In this document: in pieces, positions 20,404-32,467 of the stretch
Layout: each line of letters opens with the position of its first letter
How positions within the stretch are numbered: position 1 is the stretch's first letter
NCBI GenBank assembly: GCA_000004695.1
Contig: CM000151.3
Coordinates: 6,464,001 to 6,528,000, forward strand
Direction of reading: 5' to 3'
DNA length: 64,000 bases
DNA from: Dictyostelium discoideum
Taxonomy: Eukaryota
Notes under the pieces: model-generated
The model's database searches: none
What the model was told of the DNA's origin: nothing
The model's input: the letters and a program-made list of their open reading frames with translations, nothing else
Program-made: the position numbers and the translations under genes

Positions 20404-20868
20404 ATGTCAAACTTTCAAAATCAAGAAATTAATATTGGTTCGGTTGTACTTGGTGATAGATCATTAAGTAATGGTCAATATGGTGATAAAAAGAGTATTC
20501 GTCATGTTGATTTTGATGTACCATTTTCAGGTATTCCAAAAGTTTCTTTAGGAATTAATTTCTTGGATGCATCATCTTCAGAACAAATTCGTATTCGTTG
20601 TATTGCTCAAAATATAACATCAAAAGGTATGGACATTTCATTCACAACATGGAATGATAATACTGTCTATGATGTAGCAGTTGATTATGTTGCTATTTAT
20701 AATCCAAAATTTGGAAATTCAAATAATAAAAATAATAATGATAATAATATTAGTAATACAAATACAAACCAACAAAGAAATCAATATAATGATAATGAAA
20801 ATAATAATTATCAACAACAAAGCCAACAAAGTTATTATGAAAATACAAATAATAATAACAATAATAAA

Positions 20869-20926
<58 letters not shown>

Positions 20927-21465
20927 GTGAAGATAAACAACAACAACATCAACAACAAGGAAGATATCAAGAAAATAACAATTATAATAGAAATGATAAT
21001 GATAATGATTATCAATCTCAATCTCAATCTCAATCTCAATCTCAATCTCAATCTCAATCTCAATCACAATTACAATCAAATAATTTTAATGGTAAAAATG
21101 TAAATATTAGATCAAATAAATTTAATAATTATATTAGAGATAATAATGGTAAAGGTGATATGTCACAAACTGCAAGAAATAATGAAACATGGATAATAAC
21201 ATCTGCCAATAATAATGGAGATTTATTTTTTATTCATAATAGATATAATCATTATCTTTCAAGTAATGGTGATAGAGTATTGGTTGGTGAAAAGAATGAT
21301 TCTTCAATTTGGAAGATTTCACAACGTAGACAAGGTGTTTACTCAATTCAAAACTATAAAAATTCAAATTATCTAAGTTCAACTGATAGAAATGAATTAA
21401 AAACAAATGTTAAAGTTGTAAATTCTTGGGAAGAATTTAATTTTAATTTTGTTCAAGATTCTTGA
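20404..21465 (+). CDS. H-type lectin domain protein: N-terminal H-lectin domain, N/Q-rich linker with (SQ)n, C-terminal fascin-like beta-trefoil-type domain
   Basis: 353-aa single-exon ORF. The N-terminus (VDFDVPFSGIPKVSLGINFLDASSSEQIRIRCIAQNITSKGMDISFTTWNDNTVYDVAVDYVAI) matches the Helix pomatia agglutinin and discoidin H-type lectin pattern (..LD.....R......NIT..GF......TW....VY....W.AI). The C-terminus (WIITSANNNGDLFFIHNRYNHYLSSNGDRVLVGEKNDSSIWKI...YSIQNYKNSNYLS...VVNSWEEFNF) is trefoil-like. Confidence 0.8.
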
Positions 21466-21489
21466 ATGAAGAAATAATTTGAATTTAAT

Positions 21490-21525
<36 letters not shown>

Positions 21526-21824
21526 CATTCAATATTAAAATATCAACAATAACAACAACACATCCATTCATTTTCAACAATTAAAGTATCTCTTTTGTTT
21601 TAAAAAATAAATAAATAAATAAATAAAAAAAATCTAAAAAAGTTGGTTTATTATTTCTTTTCTGTTGAATTTTCTGATTTATATTTTAAGAATTTTTTTT
21701 TTTTTTTTTTGGACTTTCCAAAATATTTTAAAAAAAATTAAATATTTAAATTCCAAAATTAAATCATAAATGATTTTATTATTAAGGTTAATTTAAATAG
21801 AGTTTAAAACTTTTTTTTCAAACC

Positions 21825-21985
21825 ATACTTACCTGTCATTATCAATATGTGATCATAAAGGAATATTTGATTTCAAACATTTCAGACCATTGCACTTTTA
21901 GGTTTGTTTTTTTTATGATCTTCCAAAAATAGGATACAAGTGACAATTTATGATAGTCGTGGATGTTGCGCTTGCGCACTCCCAC
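21825..21985 (+). ncRNA. U1 spliceosomal snRNA gene, about 161 nt
   Basis: It starts ATACTTACCTG, the 5' splice-site pairing sequence. Stem-loop I has loop GATCATAAAGG (compare the U1-70K site GAUCACGAAGG). Stem-loop II has loop CCATTGCACT (U1A site AUUGCAC). An Sm-like site CAATTTATGATAG is followed by a GC-rich terminal hairpin GTGGATGTTGCGCTTGCGCACTCCCAC. A TATA-like TTTAAATAG lies at about -30. Confidence 0.8.
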
Positions 21986-22482
21986 AACACACCCTATTTA
22001 ATTTTAAAGAAAAATAATAATAATAATAATAATAATAATAATTATAATTATATCACTAATAATTAAAATAATAATAATTTTAGAATCAAGTAATGAGACT
22101 AGTTAAAACCAATACTATAGTATATATATCATAATGGTAATGGATATTGGCACCCAGGTTTACTAAAATTAGAACCAGGTGGCTTTGTATTGAATGGAAA
22201 TATTTCAAATATTAAACATTTATCATTAGAACAAATTTATAGGTTCATTTCAAACTAAATAAATTAAAATTAAAAATTTTTTTGTTAACTTTTTGTTTTA
22301 TTATTTTGATATATTGAAAATTTGTTAATCATTTTGTATTATTTTTATTTTCAAATAATTAATAAAATTTGAGAAATTATTATATTATGATAATATTGAA
22401 GATGAAAAAACAATTCCCAAATATTTATACGGTGGAATAAATTTAAAAATTAGATTATAAATAATAAATATTTATTATTTGA

Positions 22483-22513
<31 letters not shown>

Positions 22514-22634
22514 ATATTTGGTTTTAAACCATTTTTTATTTTTAGTTTTGAAATAATTTTTTCTTTATCGAATATTTAATATAAATATTTTTTTTTTTTT
22601 TTTGTTTCTTTTTTTAATAGGATGGCTATTATTT

Positions 22635-24217
22635 TTAACAATAGGTACGACAACCAACATAATCTTCAGTGTAAGCTGGAATGACATGACAATCTTGACC
22701 TGGCTGTTAAATTTAGATAAAAAAGGTTAATAAAGATTTAAAATTTTTAAAATTTCTTTTTGATGATGAAACTAAATAATTAAAATACATACTTGAGGAC
22801 ATTCAGCAACATTTCCATTTCCAATATACATTACAACGTGACCTGGGCCTGGAGCTTCACCTGGGAAGGTATAAAAGAAGAGAGCTTTAAAAGTTGGATT
22901 AAAAAGTAATTTATTTATTAATTAGATTTCATTTTTGAATTTTATCCTTTTTTTTTTTAAAAAATATAAAAAAAAAAAAAAAAAAAAAAATACTTACCAC
23001 CAATTTGACAGGCACCAGTGTTGGCTGGACCGCAATCACCTTGTGAATCTAAATTTTCAACAACAGTGCTACCACTTCCAGATGATGAACCGCTACCACT
23101 TCCAGATGATGAACCGCTACCACTTGAGCTACCACTTGAGCTACCACTACCACTTGAGCTACCGCTACCACTTGAGCTACCGCTACCACTTGAGCTACCA
23201 CTTGAGCTACCACTTGAGCCACCACTGGAGCTACCTGAGCTACCTGATGATGAACCACTTCCGGAAGCTAAAATAAAAAAGGAGTTAATTAAAATTATTT
23301 CAAATGAAAAAGAAAAAAAAAAAAAATTTTGTTCTAATATTTACATGAACCACTGCTACTTCCACTTGAACTACCTGATGATGAACCAGCTATTTATTTT
23401 ATTTAAAATTTAAATTAGTTAGTTTTAAAATCCATATAAAATATTAAAAGATAAAAGAAATACGTTACATGAACTACCTGATGATGATCCAGCTTTTTTT
23501 TTGGAAAAAAAAAAAAAAAAAAAAAAAATTAATTTGAATGTTAAATTTATAAGAAAACGAAAAAAAAAAAAAAAAAAAAGAAATACATACATGAACTACC
23601 AGATGATGAACCACTACCAGATGAAGTACCTGAACTGTTTGGTCCACTACCACATGGTTGACCTAAAATAATAATTTAAATAAATGTAAATAATCCAGAA
23701 ATAAAAAAAAAAAAAATTTCGAAAACTAAAATATTATTTTATAATTACCTTGAGTGAATTGTTGAGAAGCAGTTCTTAAAATACCACTCCAACCAGCTTG
23801 AATATATGATGTTGAGGTAAGACCGGAACAATCCTTAAAAAAAAAAAAAAAAAAAAAGTTAATACCAAGTAAAATTATATTACTGCAAATCAGTTTTTTT
23901 TTTTTTTATGTAAAATACATACCATACCACCAGATCCACCACAACCACATTGTGTACCCTAAATAATAGAAAAATCCATTAGTTTATAAAATTAAATATT
24001 AAATAATTGAATTAAATGATACAAACACCCCAAACATATGGACCTAAATTATTTTTAAAAAAAAAAAAAAAAAATTAAACAATATTAGTTACTTGTTTTG
24101 GAAAAAAAAAAAAAAAAAAAAAAAACTTTAATTAAAATTGGCAATTATCAACCTACAACCACATGATGCATAATTTGAAGCAATGGAACTGTTTTTAAGA
24201 AAAATGGTTAATGTTAA

Positions 24218-24256
<39 letters not shown>

Positions 24257-24478
24257 ATTTTGATAATTACGCTGCTTGAGTGCAAATTTGTGAAGATACT
24301 TAAAGAAAAAAATAAAAAATGATTAATAAATTAATTTTTTTTTTTATTTGAAAAATTACATTTAACTTGTACATACATGGAGTCCAAGAAGTTACATTAT
24401 AGGCTGATTCAAAACCTAATGAGTTGACCAAAGCTGCATTAACAGCTGCAAATGAAAGAATTAATTTTAAAAATCTCA
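22635..24478 (-). CDS. secreted NlpC/P60-family (CHAP-like) putative peptidoglycan hydrolase with a long Ser/Gly-rich repeat insert, eleven exons. Exon bounds on the plus strand are approximately 24370-24478, 24271-24298, 24150-24185, 23927-23958, 23761-23845, 23590-23661, 23465-23490, 23340-23384, 23005-23276, 22802-22899 and 22635-22706
   Basis: Exon 1 carries a signal peptide, MRFLKLILSFAAVNAALVNS. Later exons encode ...SSIASNYASCGC, GTQCGCGGSGG, DCSGLTSTSYIQAGWSGILRTASQQFTQG (NlpC/P60 Cys motif DCSG....Y......R[ST]..Q) and several (SSSG)n exons. A 270-nt exon encodes only S and G repeats and ends ...ENLDSQGDCGPANTGACQIG. The His-box exon encodes ALFFYTFPGEAPGPGHVVMYIGNGNVAECPQ (compare HVGIYIGNG.MI.A). 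The last exon encodes PGQDCHVIPAYTEDYVGCRTYC*. All junctions are GTA(A/T)GT...AG and preserve the frame. Confidence 0.7.
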
Positions 24479-24539
24479 TTTTAAAAATATATAAATAGAA
24501 ATTATTTGTACAATACACAAAAAATGAAAAAAAATACTG

Positions 24540-24572
<33 letters not shown>

Positions 24573-24821
24573 TAAAAATCAAAAAAAAATAAAAATAAAA
24601 TAATAAAAATAAAAAAAAACTTAAAAAATATCAGATAAACCAGGGAAAACGGGTTCCCGACTAAAAAAAAAAACTATTTTATTTTTTTTTTTTAATTTTA
24701 TTTTTTTATTTTATTTTATTTTTTTTATTTTTGATGGGAAAATAGATATTTTTTAAAATATTATTTGGGATTTTATAATATTTCTTTATACTTTTCAAAC
24801 AAGAAGAGACATTCAAAGATT

Positions 24822-24854
<33 letters not shown>

Positions 24855-25000
24855 TATTGTAAATTAAAAATAAAGTAAAACAAAAATAAAATAAAAATAA
24901 AACAAAAATAAAATAAAAATAAAATAAAAATAAAATGAAATAAAATAAAAATTAATTTTACCTTTACTTTTTTTATTGTAATAATTATTATTTTTTAAAT

Positions 25001-25445
25001 TTATAATTGATTATTCTTTCTTTGATTTATCAATCCCTTTAAAAATTGAATGTAAATATTTTTAAGACAATCTAAATTTAAATGAAGATTTGGTTTTGAT
25101 TTGAGAGCAGGTTCATTAAATTTATCATAATAGATACATAATGATGAATCTCTATCACCATCATCAAAACCAATTGATACCTCTGGTGAACAAACTCCTA
25201 AAAATAAACCTTGATATGAACAAAATGTAACATGATCTTTAAATTCATCTTCACAACAATCTCCATTGAAACAAACAATTGTGCTACAGAATAAACAAAC
25301 ACCTTTTGGTAATAAATCACATTTTCTTTTACAAGATTTTGTAATGTTACTAATTAAAAATTCCTAAAATAAAATAAAATAAAAAAATAAATAAAAAAAA
25401 ATATTAGTAAATTTGTATGTGTTTATTATTTTAATTATTATTTTA

Positions 25446-25496
<51 letters not shown>

Positions 25497-28400
25497 TATT
25501 TTAATTTAAAACTTACAATATGATCATTTGGTAAATCAATGAATCTTGGTAAATAAGATGGTAAAGTATGCAATGATATTAAATTTTGGGTTGAAGGTGG
25601 ATTGATAGTACCTCTTTTTGAAAATTCATCACTATTGACTAAATCAACGATTGAAGGTAAACCTAATTTCTTAATCAACTCTTTTACATTTGAGAATGAT
25701 TCAATTGATAAACCACTAAATGTATTGATAGTATCTTGATTTGAAGGATTTGTAGATTTATGATTAACTAATAAATAACAATAATGATGGAATAAATAAG
25801 CTTTTCTAATGAATGGAGTTAGAATTGTTTCAATGGTTTCAATTTCACCTTCATTTGATAAAGAGTAATTTTCATGAACTGGATTTGAAATTCTTGAGCT
25901 AATAATATCACTTGCTAAATGAATGTATGATTTATAAATATATGGATATGGATTGACATCACGATTTAAGAAATGACTCATTGCACAAATTATAAATGGG
26001 TCAATATTGTGAAATCTCTTTTGTTGATCTAAAGAATAGAAATCGAAATATTTATAATTAAATTGAATATCTGTTAATTTCATAACATTATTATATAACA
26101 ATGTTAAAGTTTCTAATTGACGTTGAAATTCAGATTTTGAATAAATATAATAACCATTATTATTATTATTATTATTATTACCAATACCATTTAGACCATC
26201 TAAATTATTAATACCACTATTTGTATAATTATAATTCTTTCTTGAAGTAATTTCTAAAATTTCAATATTTGATAAAATAAATTTCAAGAAATAAATAGCA
26301 TTTGATGGATTTAATTGCTTTGGTGGATATTGATAACTCCAATCAGAGTTTACAAATGAAAAGAATAAATTTGAAACCAATGCTGTATTTTCAGGGTGAG
26401 CAACAAGATCAGAGTGATTAATAGGTTTAACTATTAATGCAATATTAGAGGCACGATTACATAATGGACATTTAAAGTGATCATTTACATAGTATGGTGC
26501 ATAAACTGATAAACAACTTCTATGTATATAATGACCACAAGTTTGAACACGAGTTTTATTTGAAAATTGCATCAACTCTATATTTAAATCTATATCTAAA
26601 TCATCTATATCATATTTATTATATTCTTCATAGGTTTCAATATTCATTGGTAAATCAACATGTTTTTTATTCTCTTCAATTACTTCTTCTCCATTGTGTT
26701 GTTGTTGCTGTTGCTGTTGTTGTTGTTGTTGTTGTTGCTCTGGTTTTGAACTTCTTAAAAATGCTTGATAATTTGTAAACTTTTTAATTGAGGAATGTTC
26801 AATTAAACCAATTGAACAAATTGGATCAGTTATATTATTTGAATTATTTTTACAAACTACACAAACTAAATCTTTTTCTTCACCACTATGAATATGTTCA
26901 TTTGTAGTTGTTGATGAACCATTAAAATCTTCATCATCATCATCATTTAAAAGTTCATTAGATTGTAAGAATTGTAATTGTTGCATTCTCATTTTTCTTT
27001 TAATTTCTTCTTGTCTTTCTTGAGCGATTTTCTTTCTAATATTTGCATCAATTTCACTTTGTTGTGATAATAATGATGCCATATCTAATTTCTTTTCCTT
27101 TAATAACTTTTCAATATTATTATCATATTCATATAACATTGTAAATAATTTGTTAATTAAATTCTTTTTATCTGAAAATACATTATTCTTTTCAATATTT
27201 AATGATAATTCTATTATTAAATTTAATAAATTTGTTTCAGCAATATTTTGATTATTATTATGATTATTATTTTGATTATTATTATTATTTTCTTTAATAT
27301 TAAAATCTAATTTCTCTTCATTTTCTTCAATATTTTTAATAATTTCAATTGGTTTAAATAAAAGTAACATTGGATTATCACCATCAGCAGATTTGATATT
27401 ATCATTGAATAAAGATTTTTCAATTTTTTCATTTGCAATTGACATATTAATTAATTTTGAAAATTGTTGTTTTAATTGTTGATCAGTCAAAGAGATTGAA
27501 GATTCTAAAAATGTTCTAACTGATAAAACTATAATGTATAAGGTATGATTGAGTAATGGATCATAATATTGATTAAAATCATTTGAATCAACTTTAATTT
27601 TACCGGCAGATAACATTAAACTAAGGAAATTTGAAATATAAAAATCCATATCTCTTTCATCATTATTTTGAACATTATTATTTGAATTTGAAATTAAATT
27701 ATAATTTGGATATAAAAATTTTAATAAAATTGAATTTAAAATTGTAAATAAAATTGGTTCATTTAATAATTTTTCAACATTTTTTAAATTTTCAGGTAAA
27801 GGATCAGTTTTTGAAGGTAATGGATAAGATTCTGGTATTGGGTGATTATTTTGTTTTAAGTAATCATAATAGTTTGCCAATGATTTATAGGTGAAAGAAT
27901 TTGGATCGAAATAATGATATGGATAATAAACATCGAAACGATCCCAATACTCTGGTTTCAAAATTAACTTTCCATCTGGTTTTGGTTGATGACTAACTTG
28001 TTTAATTATATCTTCAACATTGAATAATGTAAATTCTTTACGTTGATCTAAAAGTTTTGAAAAGTTATTGGTATTAAAAGTTAAGGCTTGAATTATATGA
28101 TATCTTGCTTCTTGAATACCATATTTTGCTTGTTTTCTATGTTGAATGATAACAATGATATACTTTAGGAATTGGGATAACATTGTTGGATTATCAGTAT
28201 CCATATTATAGTTACCTGAAAAGTTATTCAATGCTAACAATATGAAATGTCTAGTACCCAATAGCATTGAACAATATTGTACCAATGTTAAATCGATTGA
28301 AAACAAAGACCAAATATAATACGAGGTGAAATCACTAATATTTAAATTTCTTTCCCATAGACGACATTGATGTTGACCCACTAGAATAGCGGGTAACATT

Positions 28401-29693
28401 GATTTGGTTGCCAAAAATAAAACAGTCTCCAATGGTATCTTTGATTTTATTGTATCAAATGAATACTGAGGTGAGTCATAAACTGAATTCAATAAATAAA
28501 TTCCAATTAATCTATTGGTTGGTAAATGTAATGGTACAGCGACTTCACCACTTAATATATTTGCCTTTGGTAATAAAGTACCACTAAACATTCTATGAAG
28601 AGCAGTGTCTGGGTTTTGATGTCTATCAATTGACAATTGTAAATGGCTCAAAAGGATGTCTAAATACTTTAAACTTGAAAAACCTTGTTTATGTAAACTA
28701 TGAAAGAATGTATCAAATGCCATAAATGATTGACATTCAATTGAAACCACATTTGAAATCACTGGTAGCTCGTATTCAATTGCTTTTTGAGTCTCTCTTT
28801 TGATTGGACATAACAATTGAATTTCATCAGTGATTGCCAATAGAGAATTTACAACGGTATCAGAGTTGTTATCAATATATTCACAATTTTTGTCGTGTCT
28901 AAAAATATTGGAGATATAATTATAATCTTGATTACAATAAAACTCTTGATCATAGTTCTTTCTCTGTGTGGCATTGTATAGATCATATTTATTCTTTGTT
29001 TGAACCAATGAAAGTTTAGTTTTAATTAAAATTGATAAAAGGTTTTGTTTTGAATAACCAGTTGAAAATGGTACAGCGATTGAGGGTAATTCAAACATTT
29101 GACATGAAATGGCCGATACCAATGATCTAACTTGAGAATTTGAAGACAATGCCAACTTTGGATAATTGGTTAAAAACTCCTCACAAAAGATAAACTTAAA
29201 GTATCTATTACCAATTATTGTTATAATCAATGGTCTAAATATCATCAACACTCTTGGTTCGCCATGGATCAATGAAATGATTGATCCCACTGCATTGTTT
29301 TCCCTCTTTAATTGATCCACATTCTCATAAGAGAGTACTTCAGAGTATGGTAATTTCACTGGTGAATATAAATCAAAACTATTTGGATCCAATATACGTT
29401 GACTAAACTCCTCAGAGATTATATACAATAGTGGATATGATTTTCTTGCTAATCTATCAATAAACTTGAATAAATTAAATGATTGACTGAGTACTAATTT
29501 CTTTGTAAACTTTTTAATATTTTTCTTAAATATTGGTGTATCCATATTCAATTTTGTATTTGATGAAATTGGTTTAGTAATATCATTAAATATATGAAAA
29601 TTTTTACTAAATACTTCATTAAATAATTCAGTTTCATCACCACAATCTGATTCATCAGCTTCTTCGTTTTGTATCATTTCTTCATCTGAATTA

Positions 29694-29791
<98 letters not shown>

Positions 29792-30160
29792 TGGATTATT
29801 ATTATTATTTTGTTGTTGTTGTTGTATATTATTGTGGAAATCACGCATTATCTGGTTAAAACCATTATTATTAATTAAACCTCTAAGTGCATTAAATCGA
29901 TCGATATGTTCATCTGAATCAGAATCGGAATCAGAATCGGAATCAGAATCAGAATCATACATTAAATTTCTTAAATCTACATTATTGCCAGCATCTTCAT
30001 CCATTTCTTCGAGTGAACTATCTTGAATCATTTCACTATCACTATTTTCTTTATTGGTATTACTATAATCACTACTATAGTTAACGTCTTCTTCCTCTTC
30101 TTCTTCATTATAATGATTATTTCTGTTTTGGTTGTCGAAAAAGTTGATGTATCTGCCAAT

Positions 30161-30253
<93 letters not shown>

Positions 30254-30256
30254 ATT

Positions 30257-30322
<66 letters not shown>

Positions 30323-30505
30323 AAATCTAGGTCCTAATCCATTATTTATAATTGCTTCATTGTTAATATTGTTAATAAAACGATGGAAATACTGAATAAT
30401 ATTATTGTCTACCAAAAGGTTTCCAAATCCTAAGTTGCCTTCTTCTGGCTGTTGTTGCTGTTGCTCTTGTGGTTGTTCTTGAGGTGGTTGTTGCTGTTGT
30501 GGTAG

Positions 30506-30546
<41 letters not shown>

Positions 30547-30776
30547 GCTCTTGTGGTGGTTGTAGTTGTGGTTGCTCTTGTGGTAGTTGTTGTAGTGGAT
30601 GCTGCATTTGTTGTTGGCCTTGTAAAACGTTTCCAACTAAATTATTATTACCCATATCTAATACCCTATCAATAAAATTAATTTGACGAAGTTCAGCTAT
30701 TTCTTGTAGATCTATTCCTGGGAATACAAACTGTTGTTGTTGTTGCTGAAGTATCTGTGGTATCTGTTCTTGCTGC

Positions 30777-30872
<96 letters not shown>

Positions 30873-31946
30873 CGATGATGTTGAACTCTAGTTCTACGAT
30901 TTTGAAAATCTAAAGCATCTAATCTCTTTTTTTTCTTTAATATTTCATCTCTAATAAAATCAGCGAATAATAATTCCAATCCATTAAAAGAAGAGAAAGT
31001 ATCTTTTGGGTTATCAAATCTTAATGAATCCAATGTTCTTAATAAATGGACCACCAATATTCTAATGGTAATATGAAAGTTTTTTTTAGTAGTTTCATTC
31101 AATTTATCGGATGGATGTTCTGGTGAATTTTGATCCCTATGCTTTGTACAAAACCCTGATGGTTTAAATGAATCTGGATTACCACAATCACAACAACCAC
31201 CAAGCCCACTCTCCTCAATCATAAATGCATGACCTTCCTTTATATGAATACTATTCTCCATACATGATATGCAAATACATGATGTTTCAGTTTGTGCACA
31301 ATCTTTACACCTAAAAAACCATGTTTTTTTTGTCCATTCTATTATATATAAAAAAAAAAAAAAAAAATAATAAAACAATTAATAATTTTAATAAATATTA
31401 ATAAATATTAATAAAAATATAATATAAAAATACATTACCAAATTGACAAAATGGAAATTTATGAATACTAGTTTCTTTAATTATTGATTCTGTATCACGA
31501 TTATTTAATTTTTCAAAGATAAAGTTGAAGAGTGGTTGTGAGAAAGTGAGTGTTGGATAAGATAGTGTCATTGAATTTAAAAATGTTAAATAAGGTTGTG
31601 CATCAAATTTTTCATCTTCAATTGGGTAAAGATTAATGTTGTTTTTTTTTAATAACGCTTCAAATAAATAATAATGTTCTTTTGAATTTGATGATTCATC
31701 ATCTGAGCTATCTTCATCAACATTGAGTTTAACTGTAGTTCTTTTTGCTTGATAATTGTTATTTTCCATAATATCATCATCTTCATCCCCATCTTCTTCG
31801 TCACCATCTTCTTCTTCCTCTTCTTCTTCATTATCTTCATCTTGGTCTTCATCATTTTCATCTTCTTCATATTCATCTTCTTCATACTCATCCTCTTCAT
31901 CCTCTTCAATATTTTCATTATCATAATTTAGAATGTAATTCAACAT
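25001..31946 (-). CDS. UBR-box E3 ubiquitin ligase (N-recognin, UBR1/2-like), over 2200 aa, three exons: 31440-31946, 25507-31338 and 25001-25363
   Basis: Exon 1 is an acidic N-terminus ending ...HKFPFCQF at a GTAATG donor. Exon 2 opens with the UBR box (EWTKKTWFFRCKDCAQTETSCICISCMENSIHIKEGHAFMIEESGLGGCCDCGNPDSFKPSGFCTKH), has very long poly-Gln/Asn tracts and a RING-H2-like segment (CGHYIHRSCLSVYAPYYVNDHFKCPLCNRASN), and ends ...PNDHI at a GTAAGT donor. Exon 3 is a Cys-rich C-terminal domain, EFLISNITKSCKRKCDLLPKGVCLFCSTIVCFNGDCCEDEFKDHVTFCSYQGLFLGVCSPEVSIGFDDGDRDSSLCIYYDKFNEPALK...*. Confidence 0.85.
29691..30318. repeat. coding microsatellites inside the UBR gene: (ATT)n of ~100 nt at 29691-29791, then (ATT)n and (GTT)n of ~150 nt at 30168-30318. 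On the coding strand these are poly-Asn and poly-Asn/Gln tracts
   Basis: Read directly. Further (GTT)n tracts at 30776-30872 and 30440-30600 encode poly-Gln. Confidence 0.9.
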
Positions 31947-31968
31947 TTTTATTTAAATTTAATTTTAA

Positions 31969-31999
<31 letters not shown>

Positions 32000-32187
32000 A
32001 TTGATTTATTTATTTATTTTTATTCGTTTAATTTTATTATCTCTATTTTTCCTTTTTTTTTTTTTTTTTTCTATAATACAATAGACCTAAAAGAATAAAA
32101 AAACTTTTTTTTTTTTTTTTTTTTTTTCATTTTGTTATTGGAAAAAATTCTTTTTTTTTGTTTTTTAATTTTAAATTAAATTAAATT

Positions 32188-32219
<32 letters not shown>

Positions 32220-32249
32220 GTATTTTTATTTCCTTTTTGATCCTTAATT

Positions 32250-32282
<33 letters not shown>

Positions 32283-32381
32283 TAATCTTTTTTATTTTTT
32301 AATTTCTCTGTACAAAAATTGTTATAAAGAAAAAAAAAATTAAAATAAACACCAAAGAATTAGGTTCAAGTAGTGGCAGTG

Positions 32382-32433
<52 letters not shown>

Positions 32434-32467
32434 TAATAATATCAATAGAAATAGTATTTAGGTATAA

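Noticed and set aside
20681-21103. ORFs 20681-21103(+), 20719-21063(-) and 20750-21079(-), made of I/L/Y homopolymers
   Set aside because: They are alternative-frame and antisense readings of the (AAT)n and (TCAATC)n repeats inside the H-lectin gene.
21979-21986. TCCCACAA, a perfect DUSE octamer
   Set aside because: It lies inside the 3' terminal hairpin region of the U1 snRNA rather than ~60 bp upstream of an RNA start. Treated as coincidental.
23018-23413. Plus-strand ORF 23018-23413 (PLP/ELP repeats) and minus-strand ORF 23049-23258 (VAQVV repeats)
   Set aside because: These are antisense and wrong-frame readings of the Ser/Gly-repeat exon of the NlpC/P60 gene. The sense frame joins flanking exons with proper splice sites.
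29691-30880. Regularly spaced short repeats that might be mistaken for a CRISPR array
   Set aside because: They are in-frame trinucleotide microsatellites (ATT, GTT) inside a eukaryotic coding exon. No repeat-spacer architecture and no cas genes are present.
31649-31931. ORFs 31649-31924(-) and 31749-31931(+)
   Set aside because: Other-frame readings of the acidic (GAA/GAT-rich) first exon of the UBR ligase gene.
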